Positions 57,535-64,000 of a stretch of DNA of 64,000 nt are shown here, in pieces. The first letter of the stretch is position 1, and every line of letters begins with the position of its first letter. Source of the DNA: the human T2T-CHM13v2.0 reference genome, Homo sapiens; the NCBI RefSeq assembly GCF_009914755.1, contig NC_060947.1; one strand, 5' to 3'. Both the position numbers and the translations under genes were made by a program. The notes under the pieces were generated by a model. That model was not told the DNA's origin and did no database searches. It saw only the letters and a program-made list of their open reading frames with translations.

Positions 57535-60085
57535 ATTAGCAAGATGTCAAAATAGGAGATTCCAGGCTTTACTTCTCTCCATAGAAAGTGCAACTAGCAA
57601 CTATCAACAGACCAAAACATCTTTGTGAAAACCCCAAAACTTGGGAAAAGCCTGAGACACCCATGTGGACCACAGAACTAAATAAAAACCCATTAGAAGG
57701 ATAAGAGGAATGATCCCACTTTGACTTCAAGGCATCTCCTACTCCCCTAAGTTGGCACAGTGCCATACAGAGACAGTTCTCCTGGGCTTACAGTTTCTAC
57801 AGTGGGAAAAGAGAACCAGAGGCAGACAACTAGATTTCTAGCATTCCAAGATGCTCCCCAGGAAGCCCACTCTAGTCTCACCTCATGGGGAACAGAAAGA
57901 ATAATGACACAGCTAGACTGCCTTGGGTCAAGTAGAAACAAAGAAAGGAGGCAGAGCTCATAACCACCAGTGTGTGAATCTTGGTGATAGCTCTGGGCTC
58001 CTGCTAGCAGTGGTGCCCTGTCAGATGTACCAGCCAATGGCATAGCCCACCCACAAAGTAGAGCTGATTGCTCCCAGAAGCACAGTGGGAAGTTCAATCT
58101 GGCTTAAGTCTCTAGGATGGCCAGCCTCCATGCCCAGCCTCAGACTCCCCAAGGCCCCTTCCAGGGAGAGAGTTGCCCATCACAGCACATTTTGGCAAAG
58201 CACAGGGGCTAGGCCTGCCCCCATCTGGGAGAACAAACAGCAGCTTGGCTCAGCCACAAACCCCATCTGAAAACCCCACCCAGACAGGGAGGCAAACCTC
58301 AACTATGCATTTCTACTGAGCATAGAAGATACTCCCAACCATCCCAAGCAGCAACTCTGCCTAATCTTGGAGACCAGCCTGCACCCCTGGCCCAACCACA
58401 GAAATCAAATGGTGGTAATGCCCAGCCAAGGAATACACCCTGTGTTCCAGCCTGATCAGAGGTGATTGTAAAGCCCAGCCAACAACTCTGCCTGATTTCA
58501 GAGCTCAGCCAGTGATGCCATAAGATATTGAAGCCCAGCCAGCAGCCTCATATGACCTCAGAGCAAAGGCAGCAGCCCACCAAGCTAGAAAATACAACAG
58601 CAAGCTCTGACTTCCCAGGCTTGTTACCAGATGGCCCCGTCCAGTATCACAGGCTAGACAATAGTGAAGGTCCATCCCTGCCAAAGAACTCCTGTAAAGG
58701 TTGGAAGAGGTGGTTGCCTCCTCAAATGTAAAGACACCAACATAAAGAAACAAGAATTAAGAAGAATCAAGGAATCATTACATCTCCAAAAGAAACTAAT
58801 AAAACTCCAACAATGGGTCCTACAGAAATGGAGATCTATATAATGACTGACAAAGAATTCAGAATAATCCTCTTTAAAAAGTTCAGTGAACTACAATAAT
58901 ATATGGATAAAAAATTAAATGAAATTTGGAAAACAATACATGAACAAAATAAGAAGGCTGACGAAGAAATAGAAACAATTTTTTAAAAATAAAAATCTTA
59001 GAGATGAAGAACTCAATGAATGAACTGAAAATTTCAATAGAATATATCAGCAGCAGGCTCTATAAATCCAAGAAAAAAAAAACAATCAGTGAGCTCAAAG
59101 ACAGAACATTTGAAATAATGCAGTCAGAGAGCAAAAAGAAAAAAGAATGCAGAAAGCCTATGAGAATTATGGAACACCATCAAGAGACTTAACATTTGCA
59201 TAATAATAATACATGAAGAAGAACAGAGAGGAAAAGAGCCAGAAAGGCTATTTAAGGAAATAATGGCTAAAACCTTTCCAAATCTGGGGGAAGATGCCAA
59301 AAGTCTGGCAAAGGAAGCATACAGACCTGCAATCAAATTAAACCCAAAGAGGAGCTCACCAAGACACAATAATCAAACTGTCAAAATTCGAAGACAAATA
59401 AAAAGTTCTGAAAGCATCAAGATATAAGAAACACATCACATACAAGGGAATATCAATATGGCTATCAGCATATCAGATGTTTTAGCAGAAACTCTGCAGG
59501 TCAGGAGAAAATGGGATGATAAATTCAAAGTGCCAAAGTGGGGAGGGGGAAACCCAGCAACCAAGATTACTTTAACTGGCAAATCTGTCCTTCAAAAATG
59601 AGGAAGCAATTTTTAAAAAAAAGAAAAAAATGAGGGAGAAGGAAAAGCTTTCTCAGACAAACAAAAGCTAAGAGAGTTCATCACCACTAGGCCTGCCCTG
59701 CAGGAATTACTAAAGGGAGTTATTTAAGCTAAAACAGAAGGCCACTAATTAATAACATAAAACATATGAAAATGCAAAACTTAATGGTATAAGTAATACA
59801 GTTACATATAGAATAGGAGTATAATGATGGTGTGTAAAGCAATTTTACCTCAAGTACAATGGCTAAAAGTCAAAACTATGAAAAATAACTATAATTAAAA
59901 TAAATTATCAAGGGATATAAATTACAAAATGCTGTAAATTTTGACACCAAAACCAAAATGTGTGTGTTCAGGGGAATAAAAGTGTAGAGCTATATGTGAT
60001 AAAAGTTAAGTTCTTATCAGCTTAAATTCACCTATTATAAGATGTTTTATGTAAGCCTTACGATAACAACAAAGTGAAAAATCTA
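57535..60085 (+). mobile_element. L1M 5'UTR (with degenerate cccagcc repeats) and ORF1 remnant
   Basis: Starts gcaagatgtcaaaatagg; ORF1-like (MKNSMNELKISIEYISSRL; gagttcatcaccactaggcctgccctgcaggaa). Confidence 0.7.
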
Positions 60086-62102
60086 TAGTACAGCTGACTC
60101 TTGAGCAACATGGTTTGAACTGCATGGGTCCACTTATACACAGAATTTTTTCAACATATTTGAAAAATTTTTTGAAATTTGCAACAATCTACAAAAACTT
60201 ACAAACCATGTGGCCTAGAAATATAAAAATTTAAGAAAAGGGTATGTCACGAATGCATAAAATATATTTAGATGCTAGTCCATTTTATCATTTACTACCA
60301 CAAAATATATACAAATATGTTATAAAAAGTTAAAATTTGTCAAAATTTACAAACACAGACTGTACATGATGCCATTCACGGTCAAGATAAATGTAAACAA
60401 ATATAAAGATGCAGTATTAAATCATAACTGCATAAAATTTACTGTAGTTATACTACTATAATAATTTCATAGACACCTCTTGTTGCCATTGTGGGTGGGC
60501 TTAGGTATTATGAGTATCCACCTAAAAAGCTGTGTGATGCTAATCATCTCCACAAGAGCAGTTCATGTCTGCAGTAAATTGCATATCATAGTAAGAAGTG
60601 ATCTCTCATGATTCTCACATATTTTTCATTGTATTTAGTGCAATGCCATAAACCTTAAACATCATGGGATCCATACAAAGTGCCACTTGTGATGTTGGAA
60701 GTGCTTCCAAGAAGCAGAGAAAAGTCATGACATTACAAGGAAATGTTTAGTTACTTGATATGTACTGTATGTAGATTGAGGTCTGCAACTGTGGTTGTCC
60801 ACCATTTCAAGATAAATAAACCCAGTTAAGGACCATTGTAAATAAAGAAAATTCATGAAGCTGTGGCTGCAGCTATGCCAGCAGGCACAAAAACCTTGTA
60901 CCTTTTGTGAAATACCTTTTTATCTCATTTTGAAAATGTAGTTTTTATATGGGTACAGGATTTCTATGAGAAAGGCATACCTATAGATTCTAATATGATT
61001 TGAGGAAAACTGAAGTGATTATATGACAAGATAAGGCAAACGAAAAGGTGAAGGATCTAAAGCTGGAAAATTTAATGCCAGCAAAGGATGGTTTGACAAT
61101 TTCAGACAGAGGTTTGGCATTAAAAATGTTAAGAGAAGCAGCTTCTACTGACTAAGAGGCAGCAGATGATTTCTGAGATACCATTAAGAAAATCACCCAA
61201 GAGAAAGGCTATCTATATGAACAAGGTTTTAATGTAAATAAATGTGCCCTATACTGAAAGAAAGATACCATGAAGGACATTTATTAGTAAGGAAGAGAAG
61301 TGAATATCAAGATTTAAGGCAGGAATGGATAGGCTAACTCTACCGCTTTGTGCAAATGCAGTCAGGTTTATGATCAGGATTTTCCTTATCTATAAAACTG
61401 CTAATCTCCGAGCTTTGAAGGGAAAAGATAAACACCAGTTGTCAGTATTTTGATTGTACAACAAAGCCTGGACAACAAGAAACCTTTTTCTGGATTGGTG
61501 CCATTGATGCTTTGTCCTTGCAGTCAGAAAGTACCTTATCAGTAAGATACTGACTTTTAAAGTTCTTTTGATATTGGACAATGTCCCTGGACACCCAGAA
61601 CCCCCATGAGTTCAACACCAAAGGCGTTTAAGGGGTCTACTTGCCTCCAAATACAATGTCTCTAATTCAGTCCCTAGATCAGAGGGTCATAAGGGCCTTT
61701 AAGGCTCATTACACCCAGTACTCTATAGAAACAATTGTCAATGCTATGAAAGAGAACCCCAATAAAGAGAACATCATGAAAGTCTGGAAGGATTACAACA
61801 TTAAAGAATTCCCCCATGTGTATCAAAAGAAAGAAATGAGGCTATTTTGACATGACTTATTCTTAGGAACCTCAGTCAGTTGCCCAATACACTGTCCCCT
61901 AAATGCTAACATTATCTAATACTTTCAAGGGTTGTTGTCCAACTTCTCAGAATTTACTCTTCAAAATATATGTTTGTCAGTTCCCCAATCTTTTGGCGCC
62001 TCTTATGTTTTCTGTAGTTTCCATAATTCCTGACAGTGACTATACTCAGGAATACATTTCTTCTAAGTATACGAACTCATTGAAATAGGCTCAGTGTTTC
62101 TT

Positions 62103-62845
62103 TTTTTTTAAATTCTATTATTATTATACTTTAAGTTTTAGGGTACATGTGCATAATGTGCAGGTTTGTTACATATGTATACATGTGCCATGTTGGCGTG
62201 CTGCACCCATTAACTCGTCATTTAGCGTTAGGTATATCTCCTAATGCTATCCCTCCCCCCTCCCCCCACCCCACAACAGTCCCCAGTGTGTGATGTTCCC
62301 CTTCCTGTGTCCATGTGTTCTCATTGTTCAATTCCCACCTATGAATGAGAACATGCAGTGTTTGGTTTTTTGTCCTTGCGATAGTTTGCTGAGAATGATG
62401 GTTTCCAGCTTCATCCATGTCCCTACAAAGGACATGAACTCATCATTTTTTATGGCTGCATAGTACACATGAAAAAATGCTCATCATCACTGGCCATCAG
62501 AGAAATGCAAATCAAAACCACAATGAGATACCATCTCACACTAGTTAGAATGGCGATCATTAAAAAGTCAGGAAACAACAGGTGCTGGAGAGGATGTGGA
62601 GAAATAGGAACGCTTTTACACTGTTGGTGGGATTGTAAACTAGTTCAACCATTGTGGAAGTCAGTGTGGCGATTCCTCAGGGATCTAGAACTAGAAATGC
62701 CATTTGACTCAGCCATCCCATTACTGGGTACATACCCAAAGGATTATAAATCATGCTGCTATAAAGACACATGCACACGTATGTTTATTGTGGCACTATT
62801 CACAATAGCAAGGACGTGGAACCAGCCCAAATGTCCAACAATGAC
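62103..62845 (-). mobile_element. L1PA (about L1PA4) with twin-priming 5' inversion
   Basis: Minus-strand 3' part 62103-62465, inverted part 62466-62845; 16-bp TSD aggctcagtgtttctt. Confidence 0.93.
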
Positions 62846-62886
62846 AGGCTCAGTGTTTCTTAAGCATTTTTTTACCTAAGCTAATA

Positions 62887-63096
62887 CAAGTTGAGTATTC
62901 CAAATTCAAAAATCCAAAATCTGAAACATTTTGAGCACTGACATGAGCTCAAAGGAAATACTCACTGGAGAATTTTGGAATTTGGATTTGGGGATTAAAG
63001 ATGCTCAACTGGTAAGCATGTAATGCAAATATTCCAAAAAAAACAATCTGAAATGCTTCTAGTCCCAAGCATTTCAGATAAGGAATACTCAACCTG
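62887..63096. mobile_element. Tigger4a/MER46 MITE
   Basis: TIRs caagttgagtattcc / ggaatactcaacctg with TA duplication. Confidence 0.85.
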
Positions 63097-63464
63097 TACA
63101 TTCTTCAAAATAAAATCCTTTTCAAAAAAAAAAAAAGATGCCATCATTGTTATAGAACAAGGCATGAAAGCCATAAAGCCCCAAACAATAAATTTCTGTT
63201 GGAGAAAACTGTGTCCAGATGTTGTACATGACTTCATAGACTTATGACAGAGCCAATTAAGTTAATCATGAAGTAGATTGCACATATGGCAAAAGCAGGT
63301 GGAAGGGTGAAGGGTTTCAAGATAGGAATATTGGAAAAGTCCAAGAGCTAATAGATACCATGCCACAGGAATTTTAAAATTTTAAAATGACGACTTGATG
63401 GAGATGAGTGCTTCCGAACCAGTGCCAGATTATGAGAAAGAAGATGTAGATGAAGCAGTGCCAG

Positions 63465-63946
63465 CTATAAAGACACATGCACACGTATGTTTATTGCGGC
63501 ACTATTCACAATAGCAAAGAGTTGGAACCAACCCAAATGTCCAACAATGACAGACTGGATTAAGAAAATGTGGCACATATACACCATGGAATACTATGCA
63601 GCCATAAAAAATGATGAGTTCATGTCCTTTGTAGGGACATGGATGAAGCTGGAAACTATCATTCTCAGCAAACTATCGCAAGGACAAAAAACCAAACACC
63701 GCATGTTCTCACTCATAGGTAGGAATTGAACAATGAGAACACATGGACGTAGGAAGGGGAACATCACACACCGGGGTCTGTTGTGGGGTGGGGGGAGGGG
63801 GGAGGGATAGCATTAGGAGATATACCTAACACTAAATGACAAGTTAATGGGTGCAGCACACCAACATGGCACATGTATACATATGTAACAAACCTGCACG
63901 CTGTGCACATGTACCCTAAAACTTAAAGTATAATAATAATAATAAT
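63465..63946 (+). mobile_element. L1PA (about L1PA4) 3' end with (TAA)n tail inside Tigger2
   Basis: ORF2 end MFIAALFTIAKSWNQPKCP...SLIGRN and 3'UTR; no TSD. Confidence 0.92.
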
Positions 63947-64000
63947 AAAGAAATTGACACTAGACAATACAGAAGAAGGGTTCTGATTATTCAAGACTGC

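Larger units (their letters stand above)
61808..63133 (+). other. Polyadenylated non-L1 insert (orphan transduction or retrocopy) inside Tigger2
   Basis: Tigger2 is interrupted at catt|aaaga; insert ends AATAAA (63109-63114), 9 nt, poly(A); short TSD aaaga. Confidence 0.68.
60090..64000 (+). mobile_element. Tigger2 DNA transposon (pogo-like transposase remnant), interrupted; runs off the window end
   Basis: TA|cagctgactcttgagcaacatggtttgaactgcatgggtccacttat terminus; DDE-domain peptide LPPNTMSLIQSLDQRVIRAFKAHY. Confidence 0.88.

Noticed and set aside
58250-58620. Spaced cccagcc motifs resembling a repeat-spacer array
   Set aside because: Degenerate tandem units within an old L1M 5'UTR; no constant repeat length or cas-like genes, and the context is eukaryotic.
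60700-63460. Domesticated Tigger-derived (TIGD-like) gene
   Set aside because: The transposase frame has many stops and frameshifts and is broken by insertions.

Overview
Human-type (primate) genomic DNA from inside the X-linked TMLHE gene (trimethyllysine hydroxylase epsilon, first enzyme of carnitine biosynthesis), transcribed on the minus strand. Two coding exons are present. The ATG-bearing exon 2 spans 23558-23377 (MWYHRLSHLHSRLQ...) and exon 3 spans 2895-2719 (ELKYANTVMRFDYVWLRDHC...); they join in frame through canonical GT-AG sites. The rest is intron, mostly nested transposon debris: the 5' end of a very young L1HS-like element (with the ORF0 C-terminus), many L1PA/L1PB/L1M pieces, Alus, MaLR/ERVL/MER11 LTRs, Tigger2/3/4, MER58/MER20, L2 and MIR. 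I found no CRISPR, RNA gene or new protein-coding system. The most notable structures are: an L1 3' transduction of about 1 kb of foreign sequence (28495-29654); an orphan polyadenylated insert inside Tigger2 (61808-63133); a provirus-like insert with two unrelated LTRs (11235-13465); and direct L1/Alu repeats flanking exon 2 that could drive exon-2 deletions. Repeat subfamily names come from recalled consensus sequences and should be confirmed with RepeatMasker/Dfam.
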